From the IMG/VR virus record IMGVR_UViG_3300031760_000012, positions 1-33,386 of that record: a stretch of DNA of 33,386 nucleotides. The stretch is one strand, 5' to 3'. The stretch's first letter is position 1. Every line of letters begins with the position of its first letter. The DNA comes from a virus (lineage: Duplodnaviria > Heunggongvirae > Uroviricota > Caudoviricetes). Below the pieces are notes generated by a model. That model did not search any database. It was not told the origin of the DNA and saw only the letters and a program-made list of their open reading frames with translations. Shown in pieces: positions 1 to 8,140 of the stretch. The translations under genes were made by a program, and so were the position numbers.

Positions 1-1111
1 TGCTAACGATGTTTGTATGAAGATTGTTTTCTCTAATAATCTTCATTTTAAGTGCTTTAAGTTCGCTACGTTCCCATTCTATCCCTTTCCCGTGGTTCGG
101 GCCCGGAATATAACGGCTTTTATCGGTTGTGTAGTATCCTTCATGGTCTGCTACGTTTTTGTAGCCTTCCGCTGATTTTGCATGTATTTTGTTAAGTTCG
201 ATGATATTAAGCACGACTTTTTCAGTCTTATGTCTATTGAGTCGGATAAGTTCACCCGTATTAGATATTGCTCTTTCGCTTTCGCCATTGTAGGAAAGAA
301 TGTCGAATTCTTTCGCATAGACCGCATAAGATGATTTCATTTCGTTCACACGGTTATTGATTGTTTGCCGTGAGATCGAGTTTCCGTAATTCATCTTTTT
401 GCGGATGTACTCGGCTGTGACTTCTGATTTTTTGCTATTGCACGGTTCGAACCCGTCTTTATAGATTGCGTATATTCTAGCAAGTTCCGGCTTCATATGA
501 GAAAGAATGTATTCTTCTTTTTCATTTTGATAGATTCTAGTTTGAAGGTTTTCATAATCCCTATTTTCTATCATTCTGGCTTGATTATAAGCCGGGCCTG
601 TAGTGCGGTCATAAATATCAATTCCCGCTTTTTTAGCTATTGTTACGGCTTTATCTGTTTTATTGACAATAGCGTTTACTAAATCTGTCTGATTAGCTTT
701 TTCAAGTTCTGTCTGAATCGCTTTTGAGCTTTTCAGTTTAGCAATATAACGACCGTGAGTGTTATATTGGACCTGAACGACCTTGCGTCTAATGGCGATA
801 AACGCAATTTCAAACAATTCATCATATTCGAACTGTTTTGTGGATTCAGCACAAGCGAGTTCTTCACAGATAGCTAATGAGGCGATCTGCTCTAAATCGT
901 CACGACTAACATTGTCTACATAGCCCGAGGCAGTTTTAAAAGTGATAGTATCGCTTTTATCATCAATTGTGATGGTATTTGTGAAGATGTCCCAATTATT
1001 CCATTTTGAAGGGAGTTCGCTTCCTCTTTTGGATTTCATGAGGAATACTGCATTTACAGCGTGCTTGCTAGCTTTTACGATCATATCGGTGTATTCATTG
1101 TAATTAGTCAT
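1..1111 (-). CDS. Uncharacterised protein with sigma70-like region 2 and region 4 features; 3' end runs off the window (>=370 aa)
   Basis: Hand translation from ATG at 1111 (AGGAGG at 1118-1123 on minus) is open to base 1: MTNYNEYTDMIVK...SRDDLEQIASLAICEEL...ELARIYAIYKDG...VTAEYIRKKMNYGNSISRQTINNRVNEMK. Absent from the ORF track because it has no stop in the window. The sigma-like call rests only on motif resemblance. Confidence 0.6.
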   Translation of the reverse strand, partial: MTNYNEYTDMIVKASKHAVNAVFLMKSKRGSELPSKWNNWDIFTNTITIDDKSDTITFKTASGYVDNVSRDDLEQIASLAICEELACAESTKQFEYDELFEIAFIAIRRKVVQVQYNTHGRYIAKLKSSKAIQTELEKANQTDLVNAIVNKTDKAVTIAKKAGIDIYDRTTGPAYNQARMIENRDYENLQTRIYQNEKEEYILSHMKPELARIYAIYKDGFEPCNSKKSEVTAEYIRKKMNYGNSISRQTINNRVNEMKSSYAVYAKEFDILSYNGESERAISNTGELIRLNRHKTEKVVLNIIELNKIHAKSAEGYKNVADHEGYYTTDKSRYIPGPNHGKGIEWERSELKALKMKIIRENNLHTNIVS

Positions 1112-1136
1112 TTTAGTCCTCCTATAGACTGATTAG

Positions 1137-1256
1137 CCTTGAAAACAGTGCATTTTATTTAGTTTTCAAGGATCGAGTTGGATTTAGTTGGAACGCGTTC
1201 AGTTCACGCGTTCTGACTGCATCCATGAGTTGGGTTTAGTTGGTCTTAGACCAACT
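1137..1256. repeat. Cluster of inverted and direct repeats in the leftward leader
   Basis: 10-bp IR CCTTGAAAAC (1137-1146)/GTTTTCAAGG (1162-1171); 17-nt direct repeat GAGTTGG(A/G)TTTAGTTGG at 1175-1191 and 1227-1243; hairpins GAACGCGT-n7-ACGCGTTC (1191-1213) and AGTTGGTC-TTA-GACCAACT (1238-1256). Confidence 0.8.
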
Positions 1257-1386
1257 TTGTTGGCGCTAGCCTTGTGGTGCTTGCCCTGAATGGACTTTGA
1301 TTGCACCTTGCTAGATTGGAAAGTGTTAGAATGTTTTCCGAATGTCTAGCGGATGTGTTTTGTTGTCGTTGGCTTTCGTCGTCTAT

Positions 1387-1450
1387 AGAATAGAACATGT
1401 GAGATTGAAAAGTCAATAATAATTTAATAAATTTTTTTATTTTTTTTAAA
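1387..1450 (-). promoter_or_regulatory. Leftward sigmaA-type promoter with A/T-rich UP-like tract
   Basis: Minus strand TTGACT (1416-1411), 18 nt spacer, TATTCT (1392-1387); nearly pure A/T tract at 1417-1450. Confidence 0.55.
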
Positions 1451-1972
1451 AGCCGACCACTAGGATGAACATCACGAAAACATGAGTCTAGATTGTTGTT
1501 ATTGCATACTATATCATGAAAAGATGATCTGATTTTTGCATAGGTGCTGACTGCATATTATCTGTATACGAATTATTAGCATTGTCTTTTACCACTTCCC
1601 CATGAGTACCGGGGATAGTTTCCATATTTTCCATAAACTGGAAAGCAGGCATCGCTGGGCGTTGCCACATCCCACAGACTCGCAAATAGGTATTCCATAT
1701 CGACTCTCTCCCCTACTCTTCCGTACACACGCCAAAACACGCGAAAAGCCATGCTCCACCGCGGCGTGCTCCGCTGAACGCTCCGTCGTGGCACTTCCGG
1801 AAAAATTCTGAAATTTTCGATGCTCCCCGGGGGTTGTTATTCCGGTCGGACGGGGTTATACTTTCGGTACAAAAAAGGTGGCACTGGGATCCAGCGTCGC
1901 GTCGCGACCAGTACGGACCAGTCGCAGAGCCGAACCACCGAGCCGACAATATAAAGACAGGAGGAGCTTATA

Positions 1973-2707
1973 ATGAAAGAAAACAACATCATCAGAATGC
2001 CAGGGTCGCTCTCCGGGTTGATCCAGCCAGCGAGCCCAGACGCGAACCTCGTCGAGCTCGCCGCCCCGGAGCACGCTGCCGAGCCGCTGAAGGAACAGGC
2101 CGATATCGAGGCTATGATCGCGTATTACCGCCAGAAAGGACAGTGGCGTAATTACTTATTGTTCGTTTGTGGCATCAACTTCGGGTTGCGTGCGTCGGAC
2201 CTGCTCAGGTTGCGCTGGGGTGATCTCATCGACGAGATCCTGCGCTGGCGTCCCGAGATCGTCATCCTCGAGCGCAAGACCGCGACCACGCGCAAGCGTC
2301 GGCAGAATCGACATATCGCGATCAACCAAGCCGTCCGTGACGCCGCTGAGGAGTACCTCGGCTACATGGACGCCCGCGGATACGTCATCTCGCGAGACCA
2401 GTACATGTTCCGCTCCGACCGGGCGATGCGCGACGGAGACAACGTCCCGATCCACCGGAACAACCTCGAGGATCTACTAAAGAAGGCTGCACGGGAGACC
2501 GGCATCGCGGATCGCGTACATGTGAGTACTCACACCCTCCGGAAAACTTTTTGCTGGTGGCAGATTAAAAATGGAACGGATATCAAAATGCTACAGAAAA
2601 TGCTCGGACACTCTTCCGAGATGCAGACACTTACCTACGCGGGCTTCACTGCCGACATCATCCAGAACGCTTATAACGACCTGACATTCAACGACAAAAC
2701 TGCATGA
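1973..2707 (+). CDS. Tyrosine recombinase (phage integrase family), essentially catalytic domain only, 244 aa
   Basis: Catalytic residues in order: FGLRASDL (R), ERKT (K), THTLRKTF (HxxR), LGHSS (H), TLTYAG (Y); RBS AGGAGG upstream. Confidence 0.9.
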   Translation: MKENNIIRMPGSLSGLIQPASPDANLVELAAPEHAAEPLKEQADIEAMIAYYRQKGQWRNYLLFVCGINFGLRASDLLRLRWGDLIDEILRWRPEIVILERKTATTRKRRQNRHIAINQAVRDAAEEYLGYMDARGYVISRDQYMFRSDRAMRDGDNVPIHRNNLEDLLKKAARETGIADRVHVSTHTLRKTFCWWQIKNGTDIKMLQKMLGHSSEMQTLTYAGFTADIIQNAYNDLTFNDKTA

Positions 2708-2814
2708 CGAAAATTTCGCTGAGCGCTACTTGTTATTATTATCGACCTGATTTATACTTACGATATAAGGTATAGATCACGAAGTAATGATAATAAGTAG
2801 CGTTTTCGTTAGGC
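2702..2814. repeat. ~110-nt imperfect palindrome (long hairpin/cruciform) directly after the recombinase
   Basis: Arms 2724-2741 and 2785-2802 match 16/18; inner arms 2748-2757 and 2770-2779 match 9/10; outer GACGAAAA/TTTTCGTT also pair. Confidence 0.8.
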
Positions 2815-2889
2815 GCTCGCACGGATCTGAGTCTCGACCCATACCAACACAGTCTTCTCTTCTGGCGGCATTCTTTAATCCGTGCGAGC
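2815..2889. repeat. Perfect 12-bp inverted repeat enclosing 51 nt
   Basis: GCTCGCACGGAT (2815-2826) / ATCCGTGCGAGC (2878-2889). Confidence 0.8.
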
Positions 2890-3074
2890 TGCTGAGAGAC
2901 AAGCTGTAAAGAAGGTGATGCTGTTATGCAAAATTAATACATACATTTATATATAAATAAAAAACTGACAACTATAGTCTCTTTTTTCTGTTGATGAAAG
3001 GGTGTAAGAATCCGGTGTACATCGACACGTCAAAATTATTTTTGCAAGCACTACTTAACAAGAAAGGAAAAGCT

Positions 3075-4433
3075 ATGATGAAAGTATGTGACGCCATCAT
3101 GGGCGGAGGGAAAAGCCAAGGTTGTATTCAATATATGAGAGAGCATGCAGATCACAAATTCATATACATCGCACCATATATCGATGAAACGGAGAGGATC
3201 AAAAACGAGTGTCCGGATTTACACTTCGTCCTCCCAGACCACTACGAGAAGTACGATAGGCGTAAAATAAATCACATTGAGGCACTGATCGACGAAGGGC
3301 GCAATATCTCAACAACGCATGCCGCGTTCAGGTGCTTCACCCCGAAGATGCTTCAGGATGTAAAAGAGAAAGATTATACGCTTGTTATGGACGAGGTTGT
3401 CGACCTGATGGTGACATCGAAAATCTCATATTACGACATACAAGTCCTTGTTGACACAGACAAGATGAGGTTAAACGAAGATACACTGATGTACGAATAT
3501 ATAGGAGACCCAGATTATCCTGATAAGGCAGGTGTCTTCCCCGGTATCTGTAGGATCGCCAGATGTAATAATTTATATCTCTGCACAGATAAAGGCACTG
3601 AATTTAGTAGACAGGATGCTTATTATTACTTCTCTCTCCCGCTCGACTTTATAAAAGCATTCAATGAAGTGTTTGTTCTTACGTATATGTTCGAGGGGAG
3701 CGAACTCTGCGCGATGTGTAAAGCACATGGAATTGAATATGAGTATATCGGCATAGAAAAGATCGATCGCGGAACTGGCTTCATACTATCAGAGACAGGA
3801 ACATATATACCTGAGTATGTTAATAACCTCTCAGACCTTATCCACATATATGACGATAACGACGAAGAGGTTGCAACTGGGCGCGGACGTCGAAAAAAGA
3901 AATTAAACACATACTACACTTTTGAAGGAAGACTTCATGTTGAAAAAGACTTTCATCTCTCACACTCTTTTTACAACAAAAAGAAAAAGAACGAGAAACT
4001 TATAAAAGAGATAAGAAACAATCAAAGAACGTTCTTCAATAGGATGATTGAACAGCACGGCGGAACGCGTGATCTGTGTCAGTGGAGTGTGTACAAGAAC
4101 GCACTTAATGAACTCAAAAGCCCAGGAATACAAAATCAGTTTGTGAGTTTAAACAAAAGAGCTGTGAACGATTACGCCAATAGATGTTACCTTAGTTATT
4201 TATGTGACTTACATTTGCAGCCAGAGAAGATAAGGTATTATAAGCAATTTAATATTGAATATAATCAGGATTTGTATGCTGTTTCTACATTGCTGCAATG
4301 GATGTGGCGGTCGCGCATCAGAAAACAGGCAACAGATGGGTCGAATGAAATTTGGATCTATGTTCCATCGAAACGAATGAGGTCGTTACTGGAACAGTGG
4401 ATAGCAACTCCGTATTTGCGTATACCTAGTTGA
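3075..4433 (+). CDS. Superfamily 2 helicase-like / P-loop ATPase
   Basis: Walker A DAIMGGGKS at the N-terminus, Walker B LVMDEV, motif VI-like QWMWRSRIR; AAAGGA RBS supports a start at 3075 rather than 2991. Confidence 0.7.
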   Translation: MMKVCDAIMGGGKSQGCIQYMREHADHKFIYIAPYIDETERIKNECPDLHFVLPDHYEKYDRRKINHIEALIDEGRNISTTHAAFRCFTPKMLQDVKEKDYTLVMDEVVDLMVTSKISYYDIQVLVDTDKMRLNEDTLMYEYIGDPDYPDKAGVFPGICRIARCNNLYLCTDKGTEFSRQDAYYYFSLPLDFIKAFNEVFVLTYMFEGSELCAMCKAHGIEYEYIGIEKIDRGTGFILSETGTYIPEYVNNLSDLIHIYDDNDEEVATGRGRRKKKLNTYYTFEGRLHVEKDFHLSHSFYNKKKKNEKLIKEIRNNQRTFFNRMIEQHGGTRDLCQWSVYKNALNELKSPGIQNQFVSLNKRAVNDYANRCYLSYLCDLHLQPEKIRYYKQFNIEYNQDLYAVSTLLQWMWRSRIRKQATDGSNEIWIYVPSKRMRSLLEQWIATPYLRIPS

Positions 4434-4458
4434 CATTATATCACGAATACATTATATT
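4430..4458 (+). promoter_or_regulatory. sigmaA-type promoter upstream of the RNA polymerase operon
   Basis: TTGACA (4430-4435), 17 nt spacer, TATATT (4453-4458). Confidence 0.7.
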
Positions 4459-4483
4459 ATATAATGAAGAAAGGAGGGATACC

Positions 4484-4564
4484 ATGACGATGCAAATTAT
4501 CTGCGCACTATTACTCATCTTCTTTCTGGCGGCAATCGCTTCTAGGAACACACCGAAGTATTAA
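4484..4564 (+). CDS. 26-aa hydrophobic peptide MTMQIICALLLIFFLAAIASRNTPKY
   Basis: Strong RBS AAGGAGGG (4471-4478) just after the promoter; one hydrophobic helix plus a basic tail; below the ORF-track cutoff. Confidence 0.55.
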   Translation: MTMQIICALLLIFFLAAIASRNTPKY

Positions 4565-4624
4565 TTTTTTGTCTTGATCTGGCAGCACTCTAATGAATAT
4601 GCTGCTAACAATGGAGGAATCAAC

Positions 4625-4909
4625 ATGAACGAAACGATCGAATTGGAAGAAATGAACATTATTATCAAGGTGCCAACAGAGGCAGTCTCGCTGACCGTCA
4701 ACGCGAAGGTCATGTCGGACGACGGAGAGATCTACGAGGTACAGTCATCGTACTCACCTAGCCAGCTCCGCGACGCACGGCACTGCTTTCTCGACGAAGT
4801 GGAATTAGGGGACGATTTCGACGCGACATACGTCCTTACAGAAAAAGGGCTCGAGTACGCACGCATGCTCCGCGAGGGAGCGACCGCATTGGAGGATTTG
4901 TATGATTAA
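4625..4909 (+). CDS. Hypothetical acidic protein (94 aa)
   Basis: GGAGG RBS before ATG at 4625; stop overlaps the next start. Confidence 0.65.
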   Translation: MNETIELEEMNIIIKVPTEAVSLTVNAKVMSDDGEIYEVQSSYSPSQLRDARHCFLDEVELGDDFDATYVLTEKGLEYARMLREGATALEDLYD

Positions 4910-5090
4910 CTGTCACGAATGCCTCAACCGCCACGAGTGCGAACTGTTTAGCCATGTGTGTGAGTGCGAAATCGAATACTGCAGGGATTACGTCCAGTGC
5001 GACGAATACAAGGCGACATTTCGCAGAGAATGGTTCGAGTCCGCGGAGGACGCGTACGGAGAGTACGACCCTGATGGATTTAGTTGGTAA
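4902..5090 (+). CDS. Small Cys-rich hypothetical protein (62 aa)
   Basis: GGAGG RBS; CHEC-x4-C and further Cys; tightly packed between neighbouring genes. Confidence 0.6.
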   Translation: MINCHECLNRHECELFSHVCECEIEYCRDYVQCDEYKATFRREWFESAEDAYGEYDPDGFSW

Positions 5091-5104
5091 AAGGAGGCGA
5101 TATT

Positions 5105-6724
5105 TTGGGGAAGATGACTGTCCAGAATTTTGTCGTGAAGATTCACAGTGACAGACTGGCGAAAAATAAATGGAATCTGGACCTTCCGCTAAGTGAAGCG
5201 CATAAGAATGATGAAGTAGTTGCTTTAGCAAGCAGTCAGGTTCTCAGATGGATCGACGAGTTGAACGGACTGAGCGACATCGAAGACGAAGTAATAACGC
5301 TCAAAAAGCGTTTGAAATTTATCAAAAAGCAAAAGAACTCCGCCGAAAACAAGCGGAAAATCCGCAGAATCTACGAAAGACTTGATGAGCTGCAATTCAA
5401 ACCTGATTACGTAATCATAGTTATGGATAAGATGGCTCACTTCAAAAGAGCCGCGAAAGGATTCACGATCAACGGAATCAAATACGTGCGACTCCTGAGC
5501 TCTGCCGGACAAGTCAAGACCGGAAGCTCTACATATATCAGCGAGAGATTATATGAAGAGATCAATCGGAGAATCGACAACGGCAGAAACAAAGAGATCC
5601 CGCTAGTTCCGGCAAAGCTGGAATCATACCGGGCGCTGACATGCAGCAGCAGTAAGCGCGTGACCACTCCGAGGATCGCCGTTGTGCCAGATTGCGAGAC
5701 GCACTTCAAAGAAGACACGCTATTCCTATCGTACGGCGACGCAGATGAGCCGGTGTCAGAATTCGTCGAGAATGCAGAGCTCAGCCTGACTGAGAGCGAC
5801 GGATACGGACTGATCCTTCCGAGTATGGCGGAACAATGGAGTAAGGACCTTGGGTTAGATTATGTCCCTGGCGCGTTTATCATAAGATCGTCATGGGCGA
5901 AAGGGGCTGTATTCCCGTTCGACTTTATCCGGTTCGCAGATGAGGTTGCAAAAAAAAGAAAGGTCGATGATGTTTGGGGAAACGAGATCGACCTCTCTGA
6001 AGTAGATATAATTCTTACCGCCAGTATGCTCAAGCTGTATGAGTGTTACGACAGCTGTCAACACTATGTCGATTGTTGCGAAGAGAACAAGTATGATTTC
6101 GCTGTTACTAAATGGGCTGATAGCGAGTTAGACCCAGTTAGAGCGACCAATTACCAATTTCTTGCTCCGTACGATTTGTCTGACGACGACATAGACGAGC
6201 TCCTGAGCGATTCGATTAACACTATCAAGGACATTGTATCACAGAATTCTGCAACCGCAAGTCTTTTTCTTCACGGGTCAGGAGTCGCCGAAAGGAATCC
6301 GGTTGATCTCGTCAACGATTTTTCCAAAGGGCTTCTTATCGACAGCAGGCTCCACAACGATCCGTATGTAATGAATCGTATTTATAATCTCGTAAAAAAG
6401 AAGATCCGCGATTTGTCGATCGGTGTGGTCGACGTACCGGGCAACTTTTCCATTATTGGCGGTGACCCGTGGTCACTCATGCAGAACACATTCGGCATGG
6501 AGGTCACAGGGTTGCTCCCACCACACACAATCTACTCTTCCTTCTGGCGGCAGAAAGGTGTCAGCGATGTAGTCGCATTCCGCGCACCAATGTCAACAGC
6601 AGAAAACATCGTCAAGATGCATGTATCCGACAGCGATAAAGCGGCTGACTGGTACTCACATATCAATAACGTAACATTAATGTCGTCGTTTTCAGGCGAG
6701 TGTCATAGCCTGAATGGAGCCGAT
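5105..6724 (+). CDS. yonO: YonO-like single-subunit DNA-dependent RNA polymerase (RdRP-like family), exon 1
   Basis: Large ORF with TESDGYGLI, FRAPMS and ...SLNGAD; splicing to 7010 rebuilds the NGADKDGD metal-binding (DxDGD) motif; AAGGAGG RBS before TTG at 5105 (ATG at 5114 is an alternative start); SPbeta-like position upstream of HU and the packaging genes. Confidence 0.85.
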
Positions 6725-7009
6725 AAACAAACTTGTCCCCCACTCTGGCGACAGGGTGGTGCGCATCTGGTGAACTGAGAAATCTCAGGTGTACAGCATA
6801 ACTGTGCTAACGGTGAAGCACTGTTCAACAGTTAATACCGTGCCAAGGCGGACTGGTGACAGACCGCAAGGTGTAACGACTAGGATGTACCTTCTCACCG
6901 AGAAGATGAGATCCGTACTGTGTCGGTGAAACTCCGGCATGGGAAGTGCCAGACATGTCTCAGACATGATGAGATAGTCTATTCCTTATGGTGACATGAG
7001 GTAGTAAAG
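6725..7009 (+). ncRNA. Group I intron (IA-like, ORF-less, 285 nt) in the RNA polymerase catalytic motif
   Basis: 5' exon ends in U and intron ends in G; P1 GAU/GUC with U.G at the splice site; P10 exon-2 AAG/CUU; P2 with GCGA loop; R element GUAACGACUA and S element GAGAUAGUCU forming P7 GACUA (6878-6882)/UAGUC (6975-6979); P9 with GUGA loop; removal is frame-exact. Confidence 0.92.
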
Positions 7010-8140
7010 AAGGACGGCGACTTAATATTTACGACAAATCATCCTGTGTTGATGCGAAACTTTGTAAAGCGACCGGTTATTGTATGTGAACAGAGACGTG
7101 CAGAAAAGAAAATCGTAACAGAGAAGGATCTTATCCAGTCGAATATAGACGGGTATGGGGATATGATCGGCGTTATAACGAATAGAACTAGCGCCCGCAA
7201 CGTGATTAGATCTAAATTCCCAAAGGGATCTAGGGAATATGAAGAGCTCACCAGACGCACTTTCTTCGGGCAGCTCGCCCAACAGGATGCTATAGATAAG
7301 GCAAAAGGCATAATTACCAAAGATCTTCCGGCGTATTGGCACTCGAGGAAGAAAATTCTCCAGTCTGATATGAGTGAAGAAGAAAAGCAGTTTCAGCTGT
7401 CAATCGTTGCTGACAAAAAAGCGTACTTCCAGAAGTATATCTACAGTAGTCTGAAAAAGAAGTGCCGTGAGTACGACATGAACACAAAGAAGAAGGCGCT
7501 GAGATTGTTTAGGAAAGATGTCGACGAATTAAAGGCGACTCCTGAAGAAGAGCTTTCTCCTGACGAGAAGCAATTCCTGTCTGACTACGAATTGTACAAT
7601 CCAGTAGTTGACGGCACCGATACGGTCAACAGGATATGTCACCGCGTAGAAAGAGAGTTTCAATCATACGTTGTTAGGCGTAAGGCGGAAACTGAGTTCG
7701 ACTACACGATTTTGAAGTCAGATAAAAACTACAAAGGGAATCATCTGCCAGAGATCAGAGAGATCTATATGGAATACAAGATGCGTGCTGAGACGTATGC
7801 AAAGACCGCCAAGAAGAACCGTGTTGATTCTTACGACGCAAACGAACAGTTTACACTTATGCGTGACGATTTTAAGAGGCGGTGCGAAGAGGTCTGCCCT
7901 AACAGCGAAATGCTGTGCGACATCATTATCGATATTACGTACGCAAGAGAACGCAGTCGTCAGTTCGCGTGGGATGTATGCGGAGAACAGATCATTCAGA
8001 ATCTTTTGAAGAAGAACGATTATATGATCAATATGCCAGTCCGCGACGACGAGGGTGACATTACGTTCAAAGGACGCACATACAGAGTTGACCGTGTTCC
8101 ATATATTCAGGAAGAAGAGGAGATTACGTATGCAAATTAA
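7010..8140 (+). CDS. yonO: YonO-like RNA polymerase, exon 2 (spliced product about 916 aa)
   Basis: Frame opens KDGDLIFTTNHPVL upstream of the track ORF 7046..8140; contains IGVITN and QQDAIDKAKG segments. Confidence 0.85.
   Translation, partial: KDGDLIFTTNHPVLMRNFVKRPVIVCEQRRAEKKIVTEKDLIQSNIDGYGDMIGVITNRTSARNVIRSKFPKGSREYEELTRRTFFGQLAQQDAIDKAKGIITKDLPAYWHSRKKILQSDMSEEEKQFQLSIVADKKAYFQKYIYSSLKKKCREYDMNTKKKALRLFRKDVDELKATPEEELSPDEKQFLSDYELYNPVVDGTDTVNRICHRVEREFQSYVVRRKAETEFDYTILKSDKNYKGNHLPEIREIYMEYKMRAETYAKTAKKNRVDSYDANEQFTLMRDDFKRRCEEVCPNSEMLCDIIIDITYARERSRQFAWDVCGEQIIQNLLKKNDYMINMPVRDDEGDITFKGRTYRVDRVPYIQEEEEITYAN

Noticed and set aside
1175-1256. Mini CRISPR array
   Set aside because: Only two 17-nt repeats, too short, and no cas genes.
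497-2480. Short track ORFs at 497, 1576, 1602, 1713, 1834, 1856, 2156 and 2169
   Set aside because: Antisense or alternate-frame shadows of real genes, or non-coding; no convincing RBS or motifs.
1973-2814. Protelomerase with telRL site
   Set aside because: The protein is short and has the standard integrase HxxR motif; the palindrome is imperfect and bulged.
2702-2889. Retron msr-msd or a bona fide integron
   Set aside because: No reverse transcriptase in the window; only one attC-like site, no cassette array and no IntI-specific insertion seen.
6725-6778. C-terminal KQTCPPLWRQGGAHLVN of track ORF 5084..6778
   Set aside because: Read-through into intron P1/P2, not part of the spliced polymerase.
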